Part shown: positions 1 through 8,450 of the stretch, piece by piece | Layout of the letters: each line of letters starts with the position of its first letter | Numbering within the stretch: the stretch's first letter is position 1 | From: an uncultured Ignavibacteria bacterium | Lineage (GTDB): Bacteria; Zixibacteria; MSB-5A5; UM-FILTER-46-8 | Direction: 5' to 3' | Assembly (NCBI GenBank): GCA_964563085.1 | Contig: CAZLVS010000002.1 | Coordinates: forward strand, 64,091 to 128,090 | Length of the DNA stretch: 64,000 nt | Notes under the pieces: generated by a model | What the model was told of the DNA's origin: nothing | What the model saw: the letters and a program-made list of their open reading frames with translations, nothing else | Databases searched by the model: none | Position numbers and translations under genes: made by a program

Positions 1-318
1 AGCGACTCCGAGGATTGGGTATTAAGCGGATGGGAGCTTGACCGGGAAACTCCTGAAAAAGCTGTATTCGTTAATAACTATCCCAATCCGTTCAACACCA
101 AAACTACAATAAGCTATCATCTTCCGGAGGCATCTGTTGTTAATCTCGATATTTTCAATTTACTCGGGCAGAAAGTGGCATCATTGGAAAGCGGTTATAA
201 ACAGACCGGCGAGTATTCGTTAACCTGGGATGCATCGGAGCATTCCAGTGGAATCTATTTCTACAAATTGGAAATTGGCGATAAGGTGTTCATGAAGCGG
301 ATGACATTGCTGAAGTAA
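1..318 (+). CDS. 3' end of a secreted protein with T9SS (Por) C-terminal sorting domain; 5' end cut by the window edge
   Basis: Frame-1 translation ...NYPNPFNTKTTISYHLPEASVVNLDIFNLLGQKVASLESGY...GIYFYKLEIGDKVFMKRMTLLK with TAA at 316-318. Same CTD signature as six other genes in the window. Confidence 0.8.
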   Translation, partial: SDSEDWVLSGWELDRETPEKAVFVNNYPNPFNTKTTISYHLPEASVVNLDIFNLLGQKVASLESGYKQTGEYSLTWDASEHSSGIYFYKLEIGDKVFMKRMTLLK

Positions 319-362
319 TATAACACTCCCCGTCTTTATCCTGCAAAATGCGGGATGAATCC

Positions 363-385
363 ACCCCTCTCTCAAGAGGGAATTT
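363..385 (+). terminator. putative intrinsic terminator hairpin downstream of the T9SS gene
   Basis: CCCTCT-CTCA-AGAGGG stem-loop followed by AATTTGATTG. Confidence 0.3.
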
Positions 386-595
386 GATTGCTTCGTCGTT
401 TTACTTCTTGGAGCGCGGCATGTTTAGCTGATGGATGCGCAATAATGCATCAGATAAACATGCTAATGGATACAAAAACATGCTTGTCTCTACGCCTGCG
501 GCTACGAGCTAAGCATGCCACTCATGTTTTTTATGCTGAGGCTATGCTACGGTACAGAAAAGTGGCGCCAGGTCGCCGCACCTGGCGCTAAGTTT

Positions 596-839
596 GTCAG
601 GGGGACAACCCTCTAACCTGGCCGTGAAGAATCCATGTCGGTTGTAAGTTGCTAACCTACGCTGAGGGAGAGGGATTGCTTCGCTGCGATCGTACTGTCA
701 ATTGAAGGTAAATTAACGACGGCTGCAACTTCGATGCGCGGGACAAGAATGTCCCGCCTACCGATCGTGAGGGAGAAGACTTACCTCGATTTCCTAAGGT
801 AATCTTACTGAGGTTACGAGACAGTATGTCCCCCCTGAC
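596..839. ncRNA. candidate structured RNA (closed stem-bounded ~244-nt domain) of unknown identity
   Basis: GTCAGGGGGACA (596-607) is complementary to TGTCCCCCCTGAC (827-839). Interior has CCCTCT/AGAGGG pairing and two copies of TGAGGGAGA. GC content is higher than the flanks. It lies between two convergent gene 3' ends, so it is not a 5' leader. A perfect 9-bp-stem hairpin (418-463) and a GGCGCCAGGT...ACCTGGCGC hairpin (564-588) lie just upstream. Confidence 0.25.
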
Positions 840-883
840 GCACCAGATTAACTATAGACATTAGATTATATCATGGATTCCGG

Positions 884-3862
884 TTACTTCGGATCACCCA
901 GCAAAAAAAATGCGCCCCAAAAATAGGGATGGGCGGCTCCGTATGATCGTCTAAATTCGTCGATAGCATCCAAAATGGATAAGCGAAGAGCCTGCTGTTT
1001 AGTCTGACCGTTGAGCCAATAGTCATAGAATCGCACCATTATCTCGCGTGTTTCTCTATCAGGTACATCCCATAGGCTCATTATGATGCTGCGGGCGCCG
1101 GCATGCTGAAACGCTCTTCGCAATCCATAAATCCCCTCGCCATTCTTGACTTCGCCAACTCCGCTTTCGCATGCCGAAAGGACTACTAACTCCGTCCCGT
1201 TAAGGTCTAATCCCGAGATTTCAAAAGCAGTTGCGATTCCGTCCTCAACTTGGATATCCTCTCCGATATCTTTCTTATTCCTAAAACAGTTTGCGCCGGC
1301 AAGGGCGATGCCCGAACGCAATAACGGGTTTTCGCTCAAACCCTCCCCTCCCAAATCGGTATCTTCGCAGAAAAAGCCGTGAGTTGCCAGATGAACTACT
1401 CTGGGAACGCTGGTCATCCTCTTCAGTACTTCCTCGAGTGCCTCCGCTCCATAATAAGCCCGCACTTCGAGGTCTGCTCGGAGCTTCAGAAGCTCCGTAA
1501 CCGCTACCGCTTCGGCTTTGGTATGAGGCAGCAGCGGGCTGAAATCGGAATTTAAACATCCACTGCTGCCTCGGTATGATTCGAATCGATAGCCAATATT
1601 CGGCATTCCAGGTGTAGCGAGCTCTTCGCCTGTTACCGTATATTCCGGAGAATGCGCAAAATCCGGCTCCGCCATTACAAGCGCCCAGTTTTCGTATTTC
1701 TGTCCGCCCCTGTATTTCATCAGGTCGCGTCCGGATGAAAGGTAGCTTATTTTATATTTCTCAATGTTGAATCGCTCGTCCGGACCGGGTAGTATCTCGA
1801 AGGGCAATAGGTTGAGCTGAGCATCGGGAGATATGAATATCTGACTGATATTTTTGTCGGAGGCTATTAAGGGCTTAAAAATGATATTATACAGCCTACG
1901 CGTAAACTTGTTAAGCATTCGTTCCGCTTTCCTATCTCCATATTTATAAATTTCGCGACGCGCATTATAAAGCATTTCCCTGGTAGTAAGAATTAGCTCA
2001 TCGATCTCCCTGGCATCGCCGATGTCGATCATGGCAATTTCTTCCTCATGGTCAATGGTTATGACGAAATATCTCGGCGCTCCAGTTCTCTCCTCGTCGC
2101 TTCCGAGTTTTTTGAAATCGTAAGGATTATATTTAAGGAATTCCCAAAGTACGCTTCCTTTGGGCAGCGCTTTAGCGATATCATGCAAGCTAAACCGGTT
2201 CCTGATAAACTCGTCGCGATACTCGGAGCAGTTTTTACTGAGTTCGGTTTCAAGCGAATCCTTGGCTTCATTGAGAGTTCGCAGTCTATTTTGATACATT
2301 TCCGGGTTCAAGCTCCCTGCTCCGGTGAGAGTCAATGCAGCAATCTCCCCGCAGATGTCAGCATGTTGTTTCGCCATCAGTTCGATCTCATCGTTATCGG
2401 AGCAGTAGGCGATTTCATGCTCAGCGGATACGGCATCTAAAACCACCGCCTTCCCTTTTAACAGCATATCGAGTGCGAATTCACGCGCATCTTTCGAATC
2501 ATTCTGCAATGCCCAGAATATGTAGGTGTCAATTATCGGAGAGTGTTTGGATGCGAATCTGATTTTCTGTTCTTCGGATGCATAGGAGAATGCGTATTCG
2601 ATAAAGTTCTGCCTTGATCGATGGAGCTTTTTAAAATATAAATACGCCTCAGTTGATTTACCCATGCAGGCGTATAACTTCGCCAGACTATTATACCTGT
2701 TAGCAGTGCGAGGATGATCCGAACCGAGGGCTTTTTCCCTGATAGCAAGCGCGCGTTTGTAAAGCGGTTCAGATTCCGAATATCTACCGGTGCGGTAATA
2801 TATATTTGCCAGATCATTAAGAATCGGCGCCAGTTGAATATTCTCGAAGCCCAGTACGTTTTCATTAATTTCCAGAGCCCTTTTCTGGAGTTGCTCAGCT
2901 TGACGGTATTTTCTCAGGTCGCAATATATATCTCCGAGGATATTCATGCAGATCGCAACCGTAGTGTGGTTTGAACCGTAATGCTCTTCAGCTATTTTCA
3001 AGGCTCTTTTAGCATGTTGCTCCGCTTCGGTGTGCCTATCGAGTCCATTATAGAGTTGGGCAAGATAATTATGGATTATTCCTACATCCGGGTGATCGGA
3101 GCCGAGTGCTTTTTCGCGAATTGCTAATGCGCTTACATAAAGCGACTCAGCCTCGTTATATCTGCTTAAGTAACGGTAGGTGGTGCCCAAATTAAATAGA
3201 CTCACCCCTACCTTGTCATGTTCAGGTCCAAGCGATTCCTCAAAGATATGTAAAATCCGTCTTTCAAGATTCGCAGCATCGGTGTAGCTTCCCCGTATCC
3301 GGTAGATCACAGCCAGCTTACTTTGGCAGTCTGCTACATCCGGATGGTTTGTACCCAGTTTACCCCGTTTTATATCCTGTGCTTCCTGCAAAGCATTTTC
3401 GGCATCAGCGTATTTTCCTAAATTCATATAGGTCAATCCAAGATAAATCAGACTCTCCGCTGTTTCGAGATGATCTGATCCAAGCAATTCCTTTCTTAAG
3501 GCTGCAGACTTTCCAAAAAGCTTTTCGGATAAAGCGAAGTTCTTACTATCGAAATAACATAGGCCCTTTATGTGATAAGCATAAGCGACCATCCTATCAC
3601 GTTCACCGAATACCGATTCCGCTTCCTTAAGAGCTGATTCAGCATAAACCAACGCCGAATCCGGTTGATTGGCTTTTCTCAGGGAGTCGGCAAAATTAAG
3701 TGTGGTTAGTATATCTCTTTCGTCTGACGCCAAAATTTGAGCATGAAGGCAAACTATCAGAACAGCCGAGATTACCATGAGGATCGCAGTGAATTTAATT
3801 CGATGCTTGAATGACCAGTTACTATATCTTATACCCATAAATTGAACTCGAAGAGTAGTCAA
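884..3862 (-). CDS. membrane-anchored TPR-repeat protein with C-terminal CHAT (caspase-like) peptidase domain
   Basis: 992 aa. N-terminal hydrophobic anchor FTAILMVISAVLIVCL. Many TPR_12-like repeats (ALxIREKALGSDHPDVA...). C-terminal CHAT signature with His/Cys dyad context VVHLATHGFF and LVVLSACESG. Confidence 0.85.
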   Translation of the reverse strand: MTTLRVQFMGIRYSNWSFKHRIKFTAILMVISAVLIVCLHAQILASDERDILTTLNFADSLRKANQPDSALVYAESALKEAESVFGERDRMVAYAYHIKGLCYFDSKNFALSEKLFGKSAALRKELLGSDHLETAESLIYLGLTYMNLGKYADAENALQEAQDIKRGKLGTNHPDVADCQSKLAVIYRIRGSYTDAANLERRILHIFEESLGPEHDKVGVSLFNLGTTYRYLSRYNEAESLYVSALAIREKALGSDHPDVGIIHNYLAQLYNGLDRHTEAEQHAKRALKIAEEHYGSNHTTVAICMNILGDIYCDLRKYRQAEQLQKRALEINENVLGFENIQLAPILNDLANIYYRTGRYSESEPLYKRALAIREKALGSDHPRTANRYNSLAKLYACMGKSTEAYLYFKKLHRSRQNFIEYAFSYASEEQKIRFASKHSPIIDTYIFWALQNDSKDAREFALDMLLKGKAVVLDAVSAEHEIAYCSDNDEIELMAKQHADICGEIAALTLTGAGSLNPEMYQNRLRTLNEAKDSLETELSKNCSEYRDEFIRNRFSLHDIAKALPKGSVLWEFLKYNPYDFKKLGSDEERTGAPRYFVITIDHEEEIAMIDIGDAREIDELILTTREMLYNARREIYKYGDRKAERMLNKFTRRLYNIIFKPLIASDKNISQIFISPDAQLNLLPFEILPGPDERFNIEKYKISYLSSGRDLMKYRGGQKYENWALVMAEPDFAHSPEYTVTGEELATPGMPNIGYRFESYRGSSGCLNSDFSPLLPHTKAEAVAVTELLKLRADLEVRAYYGAEALEEVLKRMTSVPRVVHLATHGFFCEDTDLGGEGLSENPLLRSGIALAGANCFRNKKDIGEDIQVEDGIATAFEISGLDLNGTELVVLSACESGVGEVKNGEGIYGLRRAFQHAGARSIIMSLWDVPDRETREIMVRFYDYWLNGQTKQQALRLSILDAIDEFRRSYGAAHPYFWGAFFLLGDPK

Positions 3863-3868
3863 ACCCTT

Positions 3869-4543
3869 CTACTTAACCGCAAATTCATATTCATACAGGG
3901 TGGAATCGTATGCAGCGTTTTCATGAGATACCCTCAAAATGTAATTTCCAGGCGCAAAATTATCCACCGGTATCCTAACGCTTCCAATGATTCTCCCTTG
4001 AAATTCCGTATTAAGAGAATAATCAATATTGGAGACGACTATCTCATCATCAGGTGAAAATACTCCTATTAGATATTGCTTCTGCGGGTTCGATTTACTC
4101 ATATCGAAGATGATTTTGGCTTTTTCTCCCTTATCTAATAAAAGGATGTTTCCGGCTGCGCCTCTTTCAGGCATTAAGTATAATGTCTGCTGTACTCCTG
4201 TGCCTAACCAGTTTGTGAAACCGGCATATATCGCTACAATTAGTATCATCTGCGCCAATACAAGTTTTGGGGATTTAAGGCGGGGAATCAGTTCAAACAA
4301 CCATACCCGGATTCTCGACCGAATCGGCGGTGTGGGAGGGGATACCATATCGGATACTATCTCTTGCGCTTCTTCATCGACTCTGATTTGTAATGTAACC
4401 TCCTGGAATTGCATGAATTTCTCGAAACAGTACTCGCATTGAGCCAGATGAAGTTCGAATGATTCTCGCTCCTTATCATTTAAAATACCCAGTTCAAAAG
4501 CATGAAGTAATTGTCCGATGGATGGATCATTACATTCTTTCAT
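3869..4543 (-). CDS. anti-sigma factor, zf-HC2 type, single-pass membrane protein
   Basis: N-terminal HLAQCEYC = H-x3-C-x2-C zinc-finger anti-sigma motif. TM helix LVLAQMILIVAIYAGFTNWLG and ~95-aa extracytoplasmic C-terminus. Start abuts the stop of the upstream sigma gene. Confidence 0.75.
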   Translation of the reverse strand: MKECNDPSIGQLLHAFELGILNDKERESFELHLAQCEYCFEKFMQFQEVTLQIRVDEEAQEIVSDMVSPPTPPIRSRIRVWLFELIPRLKSPKLVLAQMILIVAIYAGFTNWLGTGVQQTLYLMPERGAAGNILLLDKGEKAKIIFDMSKSNPQKQYLIGVFSPDDEIVVSNIDYSLNTEFQGRIIGSVRIPVDNFAPGNYILRVSHENAAYDSTLYEYEFAVK

Positions 4544-5107
4544 CTATTCCACCTTCCCCTTTTCAAGACATTCCTCGATTTTAGCCCGGGCAATTGATAA
4601 AAGGTAATAACAGTAATTTGTTGTAATGCTTATCTTTTGGCTTATCTCCGGCGCCTTGTAGCCTTCGTAACTCAGGGCAAGAACATTGGCATAGAGCTTC
4701 TCTGAACCAACAACCATTTCAAAACACCTAAGGATCATTCGCCTCAGTTCCGGATCTTCATCCATTGATGGCGCATTAATTTCATACTGGTAATCACTCA
4801 AAGGTATCTGAATTTTCTTCCACCGCTTCTGTTTGGTGAAATGATTCCATAGTTTAAGGGTCATAATACGGTCTGCCCATTTTAAAAAGCCTGTCTGGAA
4901 ATCCATCTTTCTGTATTCATTTGCCACTGTCATAAGAGCTTTCTGGACAACATCCTCGATATCCTGTTTGTTCTTCATATTATTATAGTTCGCCAATCTG
5001 GTAAACCTTAGAGTCAATATCTCAAAAAGACGACTTTCCGAACTTTTACCCCCGTTTTGAGCTTCTCTTAATAAATCATCAATATCCAAAACGACAATCC
5101 TGATCAA
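4544..5107 (-). CDS. RNA polymerase ECF-type sigma-70 family sigma factor
   Basis: 187 aa. Sigma-70 region 2 and region 4 (LYANVLALSYEGYKAPEISQKISITTNYCYYLLSIARAKIEE HTH). Translationally coupled to the anti-sigma gene. Confidence 0.8.
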   Translation of the reverse strand: MIRIVVLDIDDLLREAQNGGKSSESRLFEILTLRFTRLANYNNMKNKQDIEDVVQKALMTVANEYRKMDFQTGFLKWADRIMTLKLWNHFTKQKRWKKIQIPLSDYQYEINAPSMDEDPELRRMILRCFEMVVGSEKLYANVLALSYEGYKAPEISQKISITTNYCYYLLSIARAKIEECLEKGKVE

Positions 5108-5331
5108 ATTTAACTACTATAATATTCCTTTAGAGGCGGGAATGCAAGGATAGATTTCACACGGCATTCTGTTTGAGACCAATGATTCAATAAAATATGT
5201 ATTTTGGGGCCGCTTTTCTAAGAACCGGGCTTCCGGCAAACTTAAATCATGTGAAAGACGGATTACGCATGAAGATACGAGAATGAGAACTAAATGCCAC
5301 AAACCTAAAATTAATCAAAGGAGAAACTAAA

Positions 5332-8133
5332 ATGAAAAAGAGATTAATTTACCCCGCTGTCATAATTTGGGTTTGCGTCTTTGCGGCGATGCCGGCGAAC
5401 GCAAATTGGAGCAAACAGACTATTGATGGCAATTACGATGGGGCATTTATCGCCTATGCCGTCGACCTTGATTCCGACGGCGATATGGATGTTTTGGGAG
5501 CGGCTCGCGATGGCGATGAAATCACCTGGTGGGAAAATGACGGCAGCCAGAATTTCATCGAACGCATTATCGCTGAAAACTATCTCGGCGCCTATTCACT
5601 TGTTGTCGTCGACTTGGATATCGACGGCGATCTGGATATTGTAAGCGCCGCCTACGATGGGGACGAGATCACATGGTGGGAAAACGACGGTAACCAGAAT
5701 TTCGCCGAACGCCTAATCTCCGGTATTATTGACGGCCCCTCCGAACTCTTTGCTATCGACTTAGACAGTGATGGCGATATCGATGTGTTAGGAGCCGTCT
5801 ATGTGGGTGGTTTTATAACTTGGTGGGAAAATGACGGCAATCAGAACTTTGTCGAGCATCTCATCGATTTTACCTTCTTCGGCGCTCATCATGTCCATGC
5901 GGCCGACTTGGACGGCGACGGCGACCAGGATGTAATCGGGGCGGCTCGCATCAACAATGAAATCACCTGGTGGGAAAACGACGGCAACGGTAATTTTGGC
6001 CAACCTATTGTCATCGCCGCCTTTGAAAATGCGGTGGAAGCGTATGCCTATGATCTGGATAACGACGGCGATCTGGATATTTTGGGAGCCGGTCACGCTG
6101 TCGGCGTCAGCGGAATCGCTTGGTGGGAAAATGACGGCGCCCAGAATTTCACGGAACACACTATCGATCAGAACTTCAATGATCCCTTTCATGTCGCCGC
6201 CGTCGATTTTGACAACGATGGCGACCTGGATGTTCTGGCGGCTTCGAATGCCGATGATGAAATCGCTTGGTGGCAAAACGATGGAGACCAAACCTTCAGC
6301 AAGCAGGTTATCGACGGAGCTTTCAATGGAGCTAATTACGTTTGCGCCGCCGATATGGATGACGACGGCGATCTGGATGCCGTAGGAGCCGCTCGCTATG
6401 GGGATGAAATCGCCTGGTGGGAAAATGATATAGCGAGTTTCACCGAACATACACTCTATGAAAATTTCTGGGATTTCTGTGCGGCGGATGTCAACGGCGA
6501 CGGGCATGCCGATATCATAGGAGCCGATTCTATCGGCAATGAAATAATCCTGCTGCGTAATGATGGCAATGAGAATTTCAACTCCAGTCAAATCGAAGGC
6601 GGCTTTTTAGGCGCCAATACTGTGGACGTAGCGGATATCGATGGCGATGGGAATCTCGATATTCTGGGGGCGGCTTCCAGAGAAGGCGATGTGGCTTGGT
6701 GGAGGGGATTCGGTAATGGGACTTTCGGCGGTATGAACCTCATCGATGCGGTTTTCCATTGGGCGGGGGATGTAAAAGCGGTCGATCTGGACATTGATGG
6801 CGATATTGACATTCTGGGAGTTTCATCGGCCGCGGGCATTGGACTGCATTGGTGGGAAAATGACGGCAATCAGAATTTCACCGAACACACCATTGACTCA
6901 GACCAACTTGGCAAAAACCTCATTGTTGCAGATCTGGAAGACGATGCCGATTTGGATATCTTGATCTCCTGGGCGGATAATATATACTTGTGCGAAAATG
7001 ACGGCGCCGGTAATTTTCTCTGCTACCCCTTCTTCGGAGCGCCGGATGTCGAACGTATATATGCTATCGATTTAGACAATGATGGCGATACGGACGTACT
7101 GGATGCAGAACGCAACGGCTGTATCACTTGGTGGGAAAACCAGGGCAACATGGTTTTCGACCGCCATCACTGCGGCATCGGTATCGATTTCTTGGGGGCT
7201 TACGGCGTTCATGCGGGCGATATCGACAATGACGGCGACATAGATGTTTTGGGTTCCTCCGCTTCCCCGGATTTCGGCAAAGTTGCGTGGTTCGAGAATG
7301 ATGGAGACCAGAACTTTATCATGCACACTATCGATGGAGACTTCGATAACGGACGTGATGTTTATGCTATCGATGTTGACAATGATGGCGATTTGGATGT
7401 TTTGGGGTCTGCCACAGCCGGCAATCAAATGACTTGGTGGGAAAACGATCTTAATCCTCCCTGGTGCGATGTCAACATGATTCCCGACGATGATCCTGTT
7501 GTAGTTCCACCTGGGGGAAACTTCGGACTTACAGGAATCATCGGAAATCCAACTGAAGATCCGATTATAACTGATGTATGGGTCGGCGTGAAAAATCCGT
7601 TTGGTTCTCTTATAGTATTATATGAATTCTCGAACATTCCTCTTAATCCCGGGCAATATTTGGAATCGCACTTAAATCAATCCGTTCCTGTGAGCGCCCC
7701 ACCGGGAATCTACCAGTTCGAAGCTTATTGCGGTGATCTTAGTAGTTGGACAACCTGTGATTTCGCTTACTTCTCTTTCACGATAACGGGAGCGCGTTTA
7801 GCGGATGGCGCCACCGAATGGATTCTTGATGGAGGTTGGTTTGAGAATGAAACCGCGCCTGATATCCCGGCGGACTATACCCTGAATGAAGCCTATCCTA
7901 ATCCGTTTAACGCTACCACTACTATCAGCTACAATCTACCGATCGCGGGTAATGTTAAACTACAAGTTTACAACCTATTAGGTCAGAGAGTTGCCGTACT
8001 CGTGGATGGTAATTTAGATTCCGGGGAGCATACCGTAACATGGGATGCATCCGATTATTCCAGCGGTGTTTACTTCTACAAACTCATCGTTGGGGACAAA
8101 ATGTTTACAAAACGGATGACGCTGTTGAAATAA
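5332..8133 (+). CDS. secreted FG-GAP/VCBS-type repeat (beta-propeller) protein with conserved pre-CTD module and T9SS C-terminal sorting domain
   Basis: Signal peptide. About 14 repeats of DLDxDGDxDVLGAxxxGDEITWWENDGNQNF. Module MIPDDDPVVVPPGGNFGLTGIIGNP...YCGD...FTITGA. CTD AYPNPFNATTTISYNL...GVYFYKL...KRMTLLK. RBS AAAGGAG. Confidence 0.85.
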   Translation: MKKRLIYPAVIIWVCVFAAMPANANWSKQTIDGNYDGAFIAYAVDLDSDGDMDVLGAARDGDEITWWENDGSQNFIERIIAENYLGAYSLVVVDLDIDGDLDIVSAAYDGDEITWWENDGNQNFAERLISGIIDGPSELFAIDLDSDGDIDVLGAVYVGGFITWWENDGNQNFVEHLIDFTFFGAHHVHAADLDGDGDQDVIGAARINNEITWWENDGNGNFGQPIVIAAFENAVEAYAYDLDNDGDLDILGAGHAVGVSGIAWWENDGAQNFTEHTIDQNFNDPFHVAAVDFDNDGDLDVLAASNADDEIAWWQNDGDQTFSKQVIDGAFNGANYVCAADMDDDGDLDAVGAARYGDEIAWWENDIASFTEHTLYENFWDFCAADVNGDGHADIIGADSIGNEIILLRNDGNENFNSSQIEGGFLGANTVDVADIDGDGNLDILGAASREGDVAWWRGFGNGTFGGMNLIDAVFHWAGDVKAVDLDIDGDIDILGVSSAAGIGLHWWENDGNQNFTEHTIDSDQLGKNLIVADLEDDADLDILISWADNIYLCENDGAGNFLCYPFFGAPDVERIYAIDLDNDGDTDVLDAERNGCITWWENQGNMVFDRHHCGIGIDFLGAYGVHAGDIDNDGDIDVLGSSASPDFGKVAWFENDGDQNFIMHTIDGDFDNGRDVYAIDVDNDGDLDVLGSATAGNQMTWWENDLNPPWCDVNMIPDDDPVVVPPGGNFGLTGIIGNPTEDPIITDVWVGVKNPFGSLIVLYEFSNIPLNPGQYLESHLNQSVPVSAPPGIYQFEAYCGDLSSWTTCDFAYFSFTITGARLADGATEWILDGGWFENETAPDIPADYTLNEAYPNPFNATTTISYNLPIAGNVKLQVYNLLGQRVAVLVDGNLDSGEHTVTWDASDYSSGVYFYKLIVGDKMFTKRMTLLK

Positions 8134-8149
8134 TATAGCGTTATACTCC

Positions 8150-8182
8150 TTGAAAACGGACCGTGTATTATGGTCCGTTTTC
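8150..8182 (+). terminator. intrinsic terminator
   Basis: AAAACGGACC-GTGTATTAT-GGTCCGTTTTCTGTGG hairpin plus U-run, 17 bp after the stop. Confidence 0.55.
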
Positions 8183-8450
8183 TGTGGACAGTACTTGAGT
8201 AATACCAATCTATACATTAACAGCCGTAGAAAAGCTTCCGAATTGCGCGAAGCTTGAGGAGCAATCCGATAACATAAATCTCCTAATGTAAATGATCTAC
8301 TCAGAAAAGCATCTTCCCCGTTTTTCAACAATTCCTCTAAGAATCGAACCTTTCGCAAACTTTACCTATGTGACAGACAGAGCATTCGAAAAATGTGAGA
8401 AGAGAGTTTAAACAAGACTAATTCGCAAATCAATCAAAGGAGAAACAAAA

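Noticed and set aside
388-591. 67-aa ORF in the intergenic region
   Set aside because: It overlaps a series of perfect hairpins. It has no RBS and encodes an Arg/Leu-rich product typical of translating GC-rich structured DNA. Treated as non-coding.
596-839. tmRNA, RNase P RNA, SRP RNA or 6S RNA identity for the stem-closed element
   Set aside because: No GGTTCGANTCC T-arm, no tag ORF ending ALAA, no RNase P P4 (AAGTCCGG) and no SRP domain IV (GGAAGGAAGCAGC) motif was found. Identity left open.
884-5107. Type III-E CRISPR (Craspase) locus
   Set aside because: TPR-CHAT plus sigma factor recalls Csx29/RpoE. However there is no gRAMP/cas gene and no CRISPR array anywhere in the window. The CHAT protein also has a secretion/membrane anchor.
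5788-6591. Antisense ORFs inside repeat-rich genes (5788-6591, 5957-6385, 7072-7428, 9025-9480, 12504-13010, 13476-13916 and similar)
   Set aside because: Frame shadows of long genes with repetitive or GC-biased codons. No independent start or RBS context. Products are low-complexity.
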